Shown here piece after piece: positions 1 through 12,248 of a stretch of 64,000 nucleotides of DNA. Under the pieces are notes generated by a model. The model saw nothing but the letters and a program-made list of their open reading frames with translations, had not been told where the DNA came from and searched no databases. Each line of letters begins with the position of its first letter. Positions within the stretch are counted from its first letter, which is position 1. Origin of the DNA: Trueperaceae bacterium (lineage in GTDB: Bacteria; Deinococcota; Deinococci; Deinococcales; Trueperaceae); NCBI GenBank assembly GCA_965215565.1, contig CBDCDZ010000004.1:2592001-2656000 (forward strand), in the 5' to 3' direction. A program made the position numbers and the translations under genes.

Positions 1-416
1 GTAAAGTCTCCCGGCGTCTCCTCGACGTGCTTAAAGCGCAGCACGCCCTCTTTGTCGATGATGAACACAGCTCGCTTGCTGATGCCGCGCTCGCTCAGGT
101 ACACGTCGTACGCTTTCGCTGCGTCGCCCGTCATATCCGCTAGCAGCGGCACCTCGATGTTGAACTCCTTAGACCACGCCTTGTGTGTATAGACGCTGTC
201 GCGGTTCACACCGATGACCTCGGCGTTCATCTCCGCGAAATCGTCCTTGCGCCCCGAATATTCGGGCAGTTGCATACTGCACGTCGGTGAGAAGTCGAGC
301 GGGTAAAAGACCAGTACGACGTTCTTTTCTCCCCGGTAATCCTCTAAACTGACCTCTTTGTCCAAAGTGGATTTTAGCGTGAAGTCCGGTGCGCTTTCTC
401 CAACCGTTACACTCAT
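1..416 (-). CDS. Peroxiredoxin, AhpC/TSA family (3' end outside window)
   Basis: Manual translation from ATG at 416: MSVTVGESAPDFTLKS...VVLVFYPLDFSPTCSMQLP (PxxxS/TxxC peroxidatic motif)...RAVFIIDKEG; GGAGG RBS at ~424-428; absent from ORF track because it is truncated by the window. Confidence 0.9.
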   Translation of the reverse strand, partial: MSVTVGESAPDFTLKSTLDKEVSLEDYRGEKNVVLVFYPLDFSPTCSMQLPEYSGRKDDFAEMNAEVIGVNRDSVYTHKAWSKEFNIEVPLLADMTGDAAKAYDVYLSERGISKRAVFIIDKEGVLRFKHVEETPGDF

Positions 417-437
417 GGGTAAACCTCCTAGCTGAGT

Positions 438-908
438 TTACGACGGTGGATGAAGGAGAACGGTTGCCCTTGCTTGAATGTGCTCCGGCGCAAGCCCTTC
501 ACTCGTCTTGAAGCCGACGCCAACCTCTTGCGGGTTTATCCCTAAGAGGTCCGCGACGTTCTGTTGGATTCGCTCCCGGTAAGCGCCGAGCTTGGGTTTG
601 TCGAGGGTGACAACGATAGCAATGTTGCCTATTGCAAGAGGTCCACGTCGCAAGAGGTCTAGCACACGCCGCACGATGTCGGCGCTGTCTAAATCCTTAA
701 ACTCGGGGTTGGATGGGGGAAAGTAGAGACCGATGTCGCCGAGAGCAAGCCCCGAGAGCAGCGCGTCTGCCAACGCATGTAGGAGCACGTCTCCGTCACT
801 ATGTGCCACTGCGCCGCGTTCGCTTTCAATCTCCACCCCGCCAATTACAAGAGGTCGCCCTGCGGCTAATTTGTGCGCGTCTTCGCCAAAACCGATACGA
901 ATATCCAT
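438..908 (-). CDS. ispF: 2-C-methyl-D-erythritol 2,4-cyclodiphosphate synthase
   Basis: [29 protein letters not shown] motifs. Confidence 0.95.
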   Translation of the reverse strand: MDIRIGFGEDAHKLAAGRPLVIGGVEIESERGAVAHSDGDVLLHALADALLSGLALGDIGLYFPPSNPEFKDLDSADIVRRVLDLLRRGPLAIGNIAIVVTLDKPKLGAYRERIQQNVADLLGINPQEVGVGFKTSEGLAPEHIQARATVLLHPPS

Positions 909-983
909 AGGTCTATTCTATGGCATGACCGAACGTTCACCGTGAAGCGACAGCCCCCGTACGAACGTGCCACAATTCTCTCT

Positions 984-1877
984 ATGTCTCCCGCGCTCGG
1001 TATCCTCACGCTCGTTTTTATCACCTTGGTTTGGGGAACGACGTTCGTCGTCGTTAAAGACGCCTTGGAGACCATCTCCCCTGCGCTGTTGCTCGCACTC
1101 CGTTTCAGCGTGGCGGGGCTGCTCTTTAGCTGGGTGAGACCGCCGAGGCGGACGCTCGTACCCGGTTTGATTTTAGGACTACTCACCTTCGCGGGTTTCG
1201 CGACGCAGACGCTCGGGCTGGTGAGCACGACAGCCTCGAAAGCTGCCTTTATCACAGGTCTCAGCGTCGTGCTTACCCCTTTAGTCAGCGCGGTGTGGTT
1301 CGGCAACCGCGTCCCACCGAAAGCCTTTCTCGCTGCCTTCGTCGCGCTCGCAGGGTTGGGGCTGATGACGTTGACGGGACCGGTCGGCGTCACAACGGGG
1401 GATATCTGGGTGCTCGGCACAGCATTAGCGTACGCGCTCTATATCGTCTATCTAGGAGAGGTCGCAGCGCAGCATAGTGTGTGGGCGCTCAGCGCGGTGC
1501 AGCTCTGGCTCATGGCGGCGCTCGCGTGGGTCTGGGCACTGCCGCAAATCGGTACGCTCGCGTCGGTTCCACTAGGGACGTACGGCGCAATTCTCTATCT
1601 CGCCGTTGTCGCCACGGCGCTTATCTCGGTGCTGCAGGTGTCGGCGCAGCGGGTGGTGCCCGCCTATCTCGCCGCGCTCATCTTCGTTTTAGAACCCGTC
1701 TTCGCGGCGATTTTTGCCTATTTTGTGCGCGGTGAGACGCTCGGGCTATTAGGCTGGTTGGGCGGCGCTCTCATCGTCGTTGCGATGCTGATAAGCGAGG
1801 TGCGGTGGAAGTCGGCTCAACCGCAAACGGGTCAAAAAGAAGGTCAAAGGATGGTCAAGCGATCCTCTGACCTGTAA
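984..1877 (+). CDS. DMT/EamA family transporter
   Basis: ITLVWGTTFVVVK start, ~10 TM helices, LEPVFAA motif; start moved to ATG 984. Confidence 0.9.
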   Translation: MSPALGILTLVFITLVWGTTFVVVKDALETISPALLLALRFSVAGLLFSWVRPPRRTLVPGLILGLLTFAGFATQTLGLVSTTASKAAFITGLSVVLTPLVSAVWFGNRVPPKAFLAAFVALAGLGLMTLTGPVGVTTGDIWVLGTALAYALYIVYLGEVAAQHSVWALSAVQLWLMAALAWVWALPQIGTLASVPLGTYGAILYLAVVATALISVLQVSAQRVVPAYLAALIFVLEPVFAAIFAYFVRGETLGLLGWLGGALIVVAMLISEVRWKSAQPQTGQKEGQRMVKRSSDL

Positions 1878-1981
1878 GTTTTGTTTTGAGTGCGGAACTT
1901 GTGGGGGGCTCGAGTAGTGCCTCTCTCTATCCACAACGCTTCTGAATATCAAACTAGGGGTAGTAGCTTCTAAAGGGGGTG

Positions 1982-2005
1982 AACAAGGGGTTGAAACCCC
2001 TTGTT
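1982..2005. repeat. REP-like palindrome AACAAGGGGTTGAAACCCCTTGTT
   Basis: Hairpin; related copies at 6637-6660, 48550-48574, 62045-62069. Confidence 0.8.
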
Positions 2006-2045
2006 TAACGTCCACGTCATTCCAAATGAAGACACTCCCAACCTG

Positions 2046-3989
<1,944 letters not shown>

Positions 3990-4374
3990 AACTTACCTCC
4001 AAAACTCGAAACTTTAATTGACGATGTAAAAGCTAGCATAACGCGGCGGTTCTAAACAAGGTGTCTGAGTACTCTTTCGCGCCTAAGCGTCCTTGACGCG
4101 CCGCAAAGTGAAGCGATAAGATTACCTCTAAGTTCAGTTTTTATACCTAATTCTGACGTTCGGCGCATCCTGAAGATGAGGTCGGTTTTGCACTGCACTT
4201 CTCGGTGGGCAGCATACGGGCGAGAAGAGATGAGGTGGTGGGCGCGTGGCGCAAGAGGCACTTCTACAAGGGGTCATTTTCAAGTCGTTCAGCACAGTGA
4301 GAGAACGTGCTGCTCTGCAAGATTATGAGGCAACCGAGAGAGACTTTATACACCACGTTCACTATGGACGTGGT

Positions 4375-4506
4375 CCGACCGCAATCCCTCTGGAGGTGAC
4401 GTTTGTAGAGGAACGCCCGAAGACGCGGAGCGGCAAGATTACACGCCGACTCCTCAAAGCCCAGACGCTAGGGCAAGACCCCGGCGACACGTTGACGCTG
4501 AATTAG
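4375..4506 (+). pseudogene. C-terminal remnant of a second acyl-CoA synthetase
   Basis: [42 protein letters not shown] matches the Acs C-terminus; the upstream ~600 aa are missing. Confidence 0.75.
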
Positions 4507-4579
4507 ACGTCAGAAACGTAAGTTTCGGCGATACGAATACTCATAATGACGGTACGGGGTTATACCCTTAGGAGGCGGA

Positions 4580-4957
4580 GTGAGCACGAAAAGCAAGAAA
4601 AAGAGAAAAGAGGGCGTCGTCAGCGTTCAGCGCGGCGGTGGAGACAAGGATGGCAACGAGGCGAAAGGTAAGGCGGGCTCGTTCAGCAGCGAGAACAAGG
4701 AGATGCTTCAAAACTACTGGAAGCGCAACATCCGCTTGACGCTAAGCCTCTTAGCGGTTTGGTTTGTGGTTGGCTACATCATCTCCATCATCCTCGCACC
4801 CTGGCTCAATAACTTCACCTTTTTGGGTGCGCCCCTGGGCTACTGGATGGCACAAAACGGCGCGATTTACGTCTTCGTGCTGCTGATTCTCATTTACGCG
4901 CTGCGCATGAATAAGTTGGACGAAGAGTTCGGCGTGGAAGAACAGGACGGAAACTAA
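4580..4957 (+). CDS. DUF4212-type small subunit of solute:sodium symporter
   Basis: YWKRNIRL...LGYWMAQNGAIYVF, two TM helices; abuts the symporter gene. Confidence 0.85.
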   Translation: MSTKSKKKRKEGVVSVQRGGGDKDGNEAKGKAGSFSSENKEMLQNYWKRNIRLTLSLLAVWFVVGYIISIILAPWLNNFTFLGAPLGYWMAQNGAIYVFVLLILIYALRMNKLDEEFGVEEQDGN

Positions 4958-6631
4958 ATGGACCCCATCTTTCTCTGGACGCTCATCTTCGTTATCAGCA
5001 CCTTTAGCCTCTATATCGGCATTGCAGTGTGGGCGCGGGTTTCGTCGACAGCAGGCTTCTACGTCGCGGGTCAGGGCGTCCCCTCGGTCCTAAACGGCAT
5101 GGCCGTCGGGGCGGACTGGATGAGCGCGGCGTCCTTTATCTCGATGGCGGGGCTTATCGCCTTAAACGGCTTCGACGGCGCGATTTACCTGCTCGGCTGG
5201 ACGGGCGGTTACGTGCTCTTAGCGCTCCTTTTAGCGCCTTACCTGCGTAAATTCGGTAAGTACACCGTGCCCGAGTTCGTCGGCGACAGGTACTACTCGC
5301 GCACGGCGCGCATCGTCGCGGCGGCGTGCGCTGTAACCGTTTCCCTCACCTACGTCGCCGGACAGATGCGCGGCGTCGGCATCGCCTTTAGCCGCTTTTT
5401 GCAGGTGGATATTACCGTCGGCATCATCATCGGTATGGTCATCGTCGCCATTTACGCCATTCTAGGCGGCATGAAAGGCATCACCTATACACAGGTCGCC
5501 CAGTACGTCGTCTTGATGATCGCCTACGCGATTCCCGCGATTGCGATTGCGGCGGCGCTCACAGGCAACCCCGTGCCGCAGCTCGCCTTCGGTGAGGTCG
5601 CCACGAGGCTCAACGGCATCCAAGAGGAGTTGGGCTTCGGCGTCTACACTTCACCTTTTACGAATATAAGTGGTCTCAACGTCTTTCTCATCGCGATGAC
5701 GCTCATGTGCGGTACGGCGGGTTTACCTCACGTCATCGTCCGCTTCTACACCGCTAAGTCGGTCAAAGGCGCACGCTGGACGGGCTTCTGGGCGCTGGTC
5801 TGCATCGGGCTTCTCTACACGACCGCGCCCGCTGTCGCCGTGTTCGCTAAAACCAACCTCATCGAGGGCGTCAACGGCGTGCCCATCGCCGAGCTTCCCT
5901 CCTGGACGCAGACCTGGGGCGAGTCCGACGCGACGCTTTTCTCCGTCAATGACCTCAACAATGACGGTATCGCCCAATACACCAACGGTGAAGACAACGA
6001 AGTCACGATTAGCCCTGACATCTTGGTGCTTGCGAATCCCGAAATCGCGGGCTTGCCCGCCTGGGTTGTGGGCATCGTCGCGGCGGGGGGGTTAGCGGCG
6101 GCACTCTCGACCGCGTCAGGGCTTCTCTTGGTGGTAGGCTCGTCATTCTCGCACGACATCTATAAACGCCTCATCAAACCCGACGCCTCGGAGCAACACG
6201 AGTTGGTCGTCGCTAGGGTCTCGGTGCTGGTTGCGGTCTTTATCGCGGGCTACTTTGGCGTCAATCCGGGAGGGTACGTCGCGGAGGTTGTAGCGTTTGC
6301 CTTCGGCTTGGCGGCGGCGAGCTTCTTCCCCGTCATCGTCATGGGGATTTTCGACAAACGCGCCAATAAAGAGGGTGCGATTGCGGGGATGGCAGTGGGC
6401 CTCATCTTCACGGGCACCTATATCATCATGACGGCTGACCGGATGCTCGACATCGAGCCCTTCTTGTTCGGCATCACCGCGCAGGGCATCGGTGCTATCG
6501 GGATGCTCATCAGCTTCATCGTGATGTATGTGGTCTCGAGGGCAACAGCGGAGCCGCCCGCCGATATTCAGGAGTTCGTGGAAGATATACGCTATCCGAG
6601 AGGTTCGGTGTCGGCAACCGCGCACGACTAG
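4958..6631 (+). CDS. Sodium:solute symporter, ActP-like acetate permease
   Basis: NGMAVGADWMSAASF, GTAGLPHVIVRFYT motifs; next to acs. Confidence 0.9.
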   Translation: MDPIFLWTLIFVISTFSLYIGIAVWARVSSTAGFYVAGQGVPSVLNGMAVGADWMSAASFISMAGLIALNGFDGAIYLLGWTGGYVLLALLLAPYLRKFGKYTVPEFVGDRYYSRTARIVAAACAVTVSLTYVAGQMRGVGIAFSRFLQVDITVGIIIGMVIVAIYAILGGMKGITYTQVAQYVVLMIAYAIPAIAIAAALTGNPVPQLAFGEVATRLNGIQEELGFGVYTSPFTNISGLNVFLIAMTLMCGTAGLPHVIVRFYTAKSVKGARWTGFWALVCIGLLYTTAPAVAVFAKTNLIEGVNGVPIAELPSWTQTWGESDATLFSVNDLNNDGIAQYTNGEDNEVTISPDILVLANPEIAGLPAWVVGIVAAGGLAAALSTASGLLLVVGSSFSHDIYKRLIKPDASEQHELVVARVSVLVAVFIAGYFGVNPGGYVAEVVAFAFGLAAASFFPVIVMGIFDKRANKEGAIAGMAVGLIFTGTYIIMTADRMLDIEPFLFGITAQGIGAIGMLISFIVMYVVSRATAEPPADIQEFVEDIRYPRGSVSATAHD

Positions 6632-6636
6632 GTTAA

Positions 6637-6660
6637 AGCAAGGGGTTGAAACCCCTTGTT
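6637..6660. repeat. REP-like palindrome
   Basis: AGCAAGGGGTTGAAACCCCTTGTT directly after the symporter stop. Confidence 0.8.
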
Positions 6661-6766
6661 GAATTCACTGAGGAGTTGGCGGTGAGCCGGCTCCTCTTTC
6701 TTTGTTTGACTCGAGCCCCCGATACAAACGTGAAACCTACAGGCGCAAGGTCTATAGTAAAACAAG

Positions 6767-7009
6767 ATGGCACCCCGCAAACGTCGCATGATGCTAGGAT
6801 TAGCTGCCCTCGTCCTCGCCGTGTGGCTCGTCGCCATCCTCGTCTTCGCCGTCACCAACAACGTTCAAACTGACGTCAGCGTTCAAGCGGGAGAAGCCTC
6901 GGCGGACGTGACACTAGGCAACTTGCAGTGCAAAAAGACGCTCAGCCAGTCGTTTCCGTTTTTCGAGATGGTCTGTGAAGAGGTCGAAGGTGCAGAAGCA
7001 GAACCTTAG
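6767..7009 (+). CDS. Small membrane-anchored hypothetical protein
   Basis: Basic N-terminus plus one hydrophobic helix; TATAGT -10 upstream. Confidence 0.6.
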   Translation: MAPRKRRMMLGLAALVLAVWLVAILVFAVTNNVQTDVSVQAGEASADVTLGNLQCKKTLSQSFPFFEMVCEEVEGAEAEP

Positions 7010-7512
7010 AGGAAATTAGAGGTTCTCGCCTCGCCTGTTTTTTTCTCTAAGAACTCGAGCAACCCCTCCACATCCTCTATGCTCCGCTTAGGCAAGAGGT
7101 CCGCGCTCCCCGTGCGCCGCAAGAGGTAAATCCCCCGACGAGAGGTCAGCACGTCCACCTCATCGTAAGCGACGGGCGTCTTTTTGCCGCCCTCTTCTAA
7201 GAGGTACGATTTCTCCTTGAAAACGTAGCGCTTGGGCTCGCGAATCATCGGAAAGCGCCGCCACGTCAGCCACGCGCTCAGCCAGACGAAGAGCGTGTAG
7301 CCTACGAGCGGGATCATCGCAGCAAAGGCGTAGAGGCTGCCCGTAGGCCAGAGTCCGGTGAGGCTCACCAGGACAAGCGCCGTAAAGGTGTAGATGAAAA
7401 AGGGGAGGATGGGGCGCTCTAACGCCGACGTCCAGGTGTAGTACATGAAGTCGCCGCGCTCCAAGGTGACGCTAATAGACTTGTCTTCCTTAGTGAGGTT
7501 TGCCTGGGTCAT
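7006..7512 (-). CDS. YcxB-like membrane protein
   Basis: Two TM helices then soluble domain ending LLPKRS. Confidence 0.65.
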   Translation of the reverse strand: MTQANLTKEDKSISVTLERGDFMYYTWTSALERPILPFFIYTFTALVLVSLTGLWPTGSLYAFAAMIPLVGYTLFVWLSAWLTWRRFPMIREPKRYVFKEKSYLLEEGGKKTPVAYDEVDVLTSRRGIYLLRRTGSADLLPKRSIEDVEGLLEFLEKKTGEARTSNFL

Positions 7513-7528
7513 AGATAGCTATATAGTA

Positions 7529-7684
7529 TAGCAGGTTACTTCGTATAGCTTCGCTCAATCATCTGGTCAGCGATACTCTCACCGTGCGAGCTGCTGTCTA
7601 GCACGCACATTATAAGATGAGGTTCCGCTATTGCTGCGCAATGAGAACTGCGGCATCCTGTCTCAGTATATTGTGGAACTGCTG
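7529..7684 (+). mobile_element. Dispersed repeat family A (MITE-like), copy with 21-nt insertion in left arm
   Basis: TAGCAGGT[TACTTCGTATAGCTTCGCTCA]ATCATCTGG...GCACGCAC...GTCTCAGTATATTGTGGAACTGCTG. Confidence 0.8.
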
Positions 7685-7722
7685 GTAAAACGTTTTGTGC
7701 TCGCTACGCACCCTCCGCCTCT

Positions 7723-8634
7723 TTAGTTTGTCACACCTTCACGTTTTAACGTAACGAGCGTAAGCTCTGGTGCTGCGTTAAATCTCATGGGGATCACGCT
7801 AAAGCCGATGCCCCGGTTCACGTAAAGGCGGTTGTTCGCCGCGCCGTAATTGTTGACCCAACCGTCCGCGTGGACGGTGTCTTCCTCGAGGTACGCCATG
7901 TAGCTCCACGAAGGCGTAAAGGGCAGGCTAAGCTGTCCGCCATGTGTGTGCGCTCCGAACGCCAGAGGCGCAGTGCCTGCTGGAAACTGCGTGAACGAGG
8001 CGGGGTGGTGCATCAGCGCGAGGCGGGGTGCGCCGTCAGGTAGTTGTGAAAGCGCCGCTTTGGGATTGCTCTCGTCCGCGATGTGAGGTCCGATGCCGAC
8101 GAGGTAGAGGGGGGACGAAGCGTTGCCTGTGGAGGACGCTAGCGCCACCGCCTCATTCTGGAGAACCCGCACGCCCACCCCCTCTAACGCCGTGCGCACA
8201 TCCTCAGCCAGCGCCTCGTCCTTGCGCGCTTTGGCGGTAGGCATTCCGTAATCGTGGTTGCCCAAAACTGCATAAATAGGGATACCCGCACTTACTAGAG
8301 GTCTGAGAAATTCAGCCGCTTTCGCTGATTCGTTGTTCTCGCTCGTGCTGGGATGATAGACGAAGTCGCCTGCAATGAGCACGGCTGCGGGTTGGTCTTC
8401 AATAAGCCGATTTACAATGCGCTCAATTGTCCAGGTGTTATCCAGCCACATCCCCACTTGAAAGTCGGCGAGCACCGCGACGCGCTCGCCCTCCCACGCT
8501 TCGGGAAGATTGGCTAGGGAAACGCTCAGCGTCTCCTCGTTGATGACGTAGGGCTCGGCGAGCGACCACACGAGCAGGAGAGCAACGACCGCGAACAGCA
8601 CGAGAAGACTACGTTTGAGGACGACCATCCTCAA
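7723..8634 (-). CDS. Metallophosphoesterase (YkuE-like)
   Basis: AGDFV, LGNHD, HTHGGQ, VNRGIG motifs; N-terminal TM. Confidence 0.9.
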   Translation of the reverse strand: MRMVVLKRSLLVLFAVVALLLVWSLAEPYVINEETLSVSLANLPEAWEGERVAVLADFQVGMWLDNTWTIERIVNRLIEDQPAAVLIAGDFVYHPSTSENNESAKAAEFLRPLVSAGIPIYAVLGNHDYGMPTAKARKDEALAEDVRTALEGVGVRVLQNEAVALASSTGNASSPLYLVGIGPHIADESNPKAALSQLPDGAPRLALMHHPASFTQFPAGTAPLAFGAHTHGGQLSLPFTPSWSYMAYLEEDTVHADGWVNNYGAANNRLYVNRGIGFSVIPMRFNAAPELTLVTLKREGVTN

Positions 8635-8692
8635 CTGTACCTTAAAGCGCGGGCGCGCTCAGGTACGGCTCGCACTCCCTTCGCGCTTAAAA

Positions 8693-9115
8693 CTACGCCG
8701 CTCTAGGCAGCGTGAAAAAGAAGGTGCTTCCCTCCCCCAGCGTGCTCTCCACCCCTACAGTCCCGCCCATCGCCTCAATCAAACCCTTCGCCACCGTCAG
8801 ACCTACGCCCATCCTCTGGCGGCTGCGCCCGGCGTCGGCACGGTAGAACCGTTCGAAGAGGTGGGACTGATGCTCGGCGGGGATGCCGGGACCGTCGTCG
8901 GCGACGAAGAAGCGCACGCCGCCCTCCTGCGCTTCAGCGCCGACTTTGACTGTGCTTCCTTGCGGCGTGTAGAGGAGCACGTTGGTGAGCAGGTTGCCGA
9001 AAACCTGACCGACGCGCTCACGGCCCGCGCGAATCGCCCCTAGCGCGTCCGCAACCTCCCAGCGCAGCGTCTTGTCGCGGTCCTCCTCGTCCTCGTTAAG
9101 ATGCTCTACGTTCAA
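8693..9115 (-). pseudogene. Isolated HATPase_c domain of a sensor histidine kinase (probable remnant)
   Basis: DDGPGI, FERFYR, GVGL, GEGSTF boxes but no HisKA or sensor domain; degenerate N-box. Confidence 0.65.
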
Positions 9116-9153
9116 GATACGTTGGGGGACGAGACCGAGTTGCCGGGAAGTTC

Positions 9154-10614
9154 CTAAGGAGAGCGCCGCCCAAATGTTCTCCTTTTAGGCAAACTCCAGA
9201 AGTCACGGTTGAAAATGATGAAAACCGTGACGACTTCTAAGCGCCCCGCGTACATCGCGAAGATGAGCAGTGCGCGGCTCACGGGGTGAAGGTCAGCGTA
9301 GTTGAGCATCGGACCTACCTCGCCCAACCCCGGACCGACGTTGCCCAAACAGGCAATCGACGCGGTGAGCCCCGTAACGATGTCCGCGCCAAGCCAGATG
9401 ACGACTCCGGCGATCACGGCGAAGAGACTCAAGTAGAGCGTCAGAAAGGCGGCGACAGCGCGGAGCACCTCCTCTTCGACCGGGCGTCTCCCGACGCGCA
9501 CGGGCAGAACCGCTCTAGGACGAAGCGCCCGCTGCACCTCGCGGTTCATATTGTGCGCGATGATGATCCAGCGGATCACCTTCACGCCGCCCGCCGCGCT
9601 GCCCGCGCTGCCGCCCACGAACATGAGCACCAGGAGGACCATCTGCCCCTGCTGCGACCACTCGATGAAATCCACAGAAGCGTAGCCCGTCGTCGTCATG
9701 ATGCTGATGGCTTGAAAGAGCGCGTGGCGCAGCGCCTCGGCGAGAACGTAGTCGCTCCTCAACGTAAGGGTTAGGAGGAGCGCGGCGACGGCTAAAATGC
9801 CCAGGTAGACGCGGAATTCCACGTCGTGTAGGAGGTCTTTAGGGCGTCCCGCAAAAAACTGATACTGCAGCGCGAAGTTCACTCCGGCGATCGTCATGAA
9901 GAGGATGGCGACCCACTGGATAGCCGGGTTGAACCCTTGGTAGGACAGAGGTTCCGGGCTAAAGCCGCTCGCCGCGAGCGTCGTAAAGGTGTGCGCTACC
10001 GCGTCATAGGGCGTCATGCCGGCGAGCCAGTACGAAAAGCCGCAGAGAACGCTGAGCCCCACGTAAACGATGAGCACAGCGCTCGCCGTGCTGCGCAAGC
10101 GTGGCGTGAGCTTCTCTTCAGAAGGACCGGGCGCTTCGGCGAAGAAGAGCTGCCGCCCCGCAATGGCGAGCTGCGGAAACACCGCGATAAAGAGCACAAT
10201 GATGCCGATGCCGCCCAACCACTGTGAGAGAGAGCGGTACAAGAAGAGGCTGCGAGACACCTCGCTGAAGTCGCGCAGCGCCGTCGCACCCGTCGCGGTA
10301 AAGCCGCTCGTCGATTCGAAAAGTGCGTTGAGCGGCGTGAACGCTTCCGACGCGGCGTAGGGGATCATCCCGACGAGCGGCAAGACGAGCCAGAGCAGCA
10401 AAACACCCGTGAGCGCCTCGCGCCGCGTCGGTCCGGCGTCGCTCGTGCCGAGCCACACGAGGACGCTGCCCATAGAGGCGGACAGGGCACACGTCACCGC
10501 GAAGCCTGAGACATTCTCGCCGAGCAGAAGGGCGTAAACGCAGAAGAAGAGCGTGATAACCGCCAGACCTAGTAAACCGAGACCGACGATGTAGGGAGCG
10601 AAACGTCCGCGCAC
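9154..10614 (-). CDS. trkH: TrkH family potassium uptake permease (copy 1)
   Basis: FESTSGFTATG, TTTGY, GNVGPG, GRLE motifs. Confidence 0.92.
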   Translation of the reverse strand: MRGRFAPYIVGLGLLGLAVITLFFCVYALLLGENVSGFAVTCALSASMGSVLVWLGTSDAGPTRREALTGVLLLWLVLPLVGMIPYAASEAFTPLNALFESTSGFTATGATALRDFSEVSRSLFLYRSLSQWLGGIGIIVLFIAVFPQLAIAGRQLFFAEAPGPSEEKLTPRLRSTASAVLIVYVGLSVLCGFSYWLAGMTPYDAVAHTFTTLAASGFSPEPLSYQGFNPAIQWVAILFMTIAGVNFALQYQFFAGRPKDLLHDVEFRVYLGILAVAALLLTLTLRSDYVLAEALRHALFQAISIMTTTGYASVDFIEWSQQGQMVLLVLMFVGGSAGSAAGGVKVIRWIIIAHNMNREVQRALRPRAVLPVRVGRRPVEEEVLRAVAAFLTLYLSLFAVIAGVVIWLGADIVTGLTASIACLGNVGPGLGEVGPMLNYADLHPVSRALLIFAMYAGRLEVVTVFIIFNRDFWSLPKRRTFGRRSP

Positions 10615-10684
10615 GTCTCAGATTACCTTGTGAGGGGGAGGCAGTAGGCGCTTTCGTACCCCAACAAGGACGAGCGAACGTGCT

Positions 10685-12148
10685 TCACAAGCGCCGCCGC
10701 TGAAAGGCTCCGCGTTTGGGCAGCCGCCAGAAGTCGCGGTTAAAGATGATGAAAACCGTTACAACCTCCAAGCGCCCCGCGTACATTGCGAAAGCGAGCA
10801 GCCCACGGCTGACCGGGTGCAAGTCCGCGAAGTTGAGCATCGGTCCCACCTCGCCCAGCCCCGGACCAACGTTGCCCAAGCAGGCGATAGACGCGGTGAC
10901 GCCCGTGATGATGTCTGCACCCAGTAAAATAACGATCACCGCGATAACAGCAAAGAGGCTCATGTAGAGCGTCAGAAAGGCGGCGACGGCGCGGAGCACC
11001 TCTTCGGAGACCGGGCGGCCGCCGACCTGGACGGGCAGAACTGCCCTGGGGTGGAGGGAGTGACGCACCTCTCTCGCCATGTTGCGCGTGATGATAAGCC
11101 AGCGGACCACCTTCACGCCACCTGCCGCGCTGCCCGCGCTGCCGCCTATGAACATGAGCACCAGGAGAACGGCTTGCCCCTGCTGCGACCACTCGACGAA
11201 ATCCACGGAGGCGTAGCCCGTCGTTGTAGCGATGCTGATCACCTGAAATAGGGCGTGACGCAGCGCCTCGAAAAACGCATAATCCTCCCTCAAGATAAAG
11301 GTGAGCAGCGCTGAAGCGCCCAGCAGGATCGTGAGGTACGCCCGGAGTTCGGCGTCGCGAAAGAGGTCACCGGGGCGTCCCGCGACTGCCCGGTACTGCA
11401 GCGCGAAGTTCGCCCCAGCAAAGGTCATAAACAAGATCGCGACCCAGTCAGTAGCAGCGCTGTCAAACCCCTCGAACGAGAGCCCGTTCGGGCTGAAGCC
11501 GCCCGCCGCGAGCGTCGTGAACGAGTGCGCCACCGCGTCGTAGGGCGTCATGCCGACGAGCCAATAGGCGAGCGCGCAGAGCACGCTAAGCCCGACATAT
11601 ACAATAAGCACCGCGCCCGCCGTGTTGCGCAGCCTCGGGGTGAGCCGCTCATCGGTGGGACCGGGCGCTTCGGCGAAGAAGAGCTGCCGCCCTGCGATGG
11701 CGAGCTGCGGAAACACCGCGATAAAGAGCACAATGATGCCCACACCGCCGACCCACTGCGTCAGGGCGCGCCACATGAAGAGGCTTTTAGGGAAGTCGTC
11801 GAAACTGCGCAGCACCGTTGCGCCCGTGGTGGTAAAGCCGCTCATGGATTCGAACATCGCGTCCAGCGGCGAAAAGCCACCAGAGATGATATAGGGGACT
11901 GCGCTGAACGCGGGCACAGCGAGCCAGAGCAGCAGCACGCCGATGAGCGCCTCGCGCCGCGTCGGTTCGGCGTCGCTCGTGCCGAGCCAGATGAGCACGC
12001 CCCCGAACGCGGTGGATAGCGCCAACGTCACCGCAAAGCCCGCGATACTTTCATCTAAAAGCGCCGCGTAAACGCAGAAGACGAGCATGACTGCAGCCAG
12101 GTTCAAGAGACCGATGCCGACGATGTAGGGAGCAAAGCGTCCGCGCAC
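10685..12148 (-). CDS. trkH: TrkH family potassium uptake permease (copy 2)
   Basis: FESMSGFTTTG, AGGFS, TTTGY, GNVGPG; close tandem paralog of copy 1. Confidence 0.92.
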   Translation of the reverse strand: MRGRFAPYIVGIGLLNLAAVMLVFCVYAALLDESIAGFAVTLALSTAFGGVLIWLGTSDAEPTRREALIGVLLLWLAVPAFSAVPYIISGGFSPLDAMFESMSGFTTTGATVLRSFDDFPKSLFMWRALTQWVGGVGIIVLFIAVFPQLAIAGRQLFFAEAPGPTDERLTPRLRNTAGAVLIVYVGLSVLCALAYWLVGMTPYDAVAHSFTTLAAGGFSPNGLSFEGFDSAATDWVAILFMTFAGANFALQYRAVAGRPGDLFRDAELRAYLTILLGASALLTFILREDYAFFEALRHALFQVISIATTTGYASVDFVEWSQQGQAVLLVLMFIGGSAGSAAGGVKVVRWLIITRNMAREVRHSLHPRAVLPVQVGGRPVSEEVLRAVAAFLTLYMSLFAVIAVIVILLGADIITGVTASIACLGNVGPGLGEVGPMLNFADLHPVSRGLLAFAMYAGRLEVVTVFIIFNRDFWRLPKRGAFQRRRL

Positions 12149-12248
12149 GCACTAGATTACCTTATGGGAAGCGCGTGTGCACGAAGAAGGTATTTTGAGC
12201 CTCGTTTATGTGATCAAGAGCGACCTCACAACATCTCGATTCAGTCCT

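Noticed and set aside
7535..7549. loxP-like half site ACTTCGTATAGC (also inverted near 51164-51175)
   Set aside because: Only one arm and no second inverted 13-mer; it is part of the 21-nt insert and probably coincidental
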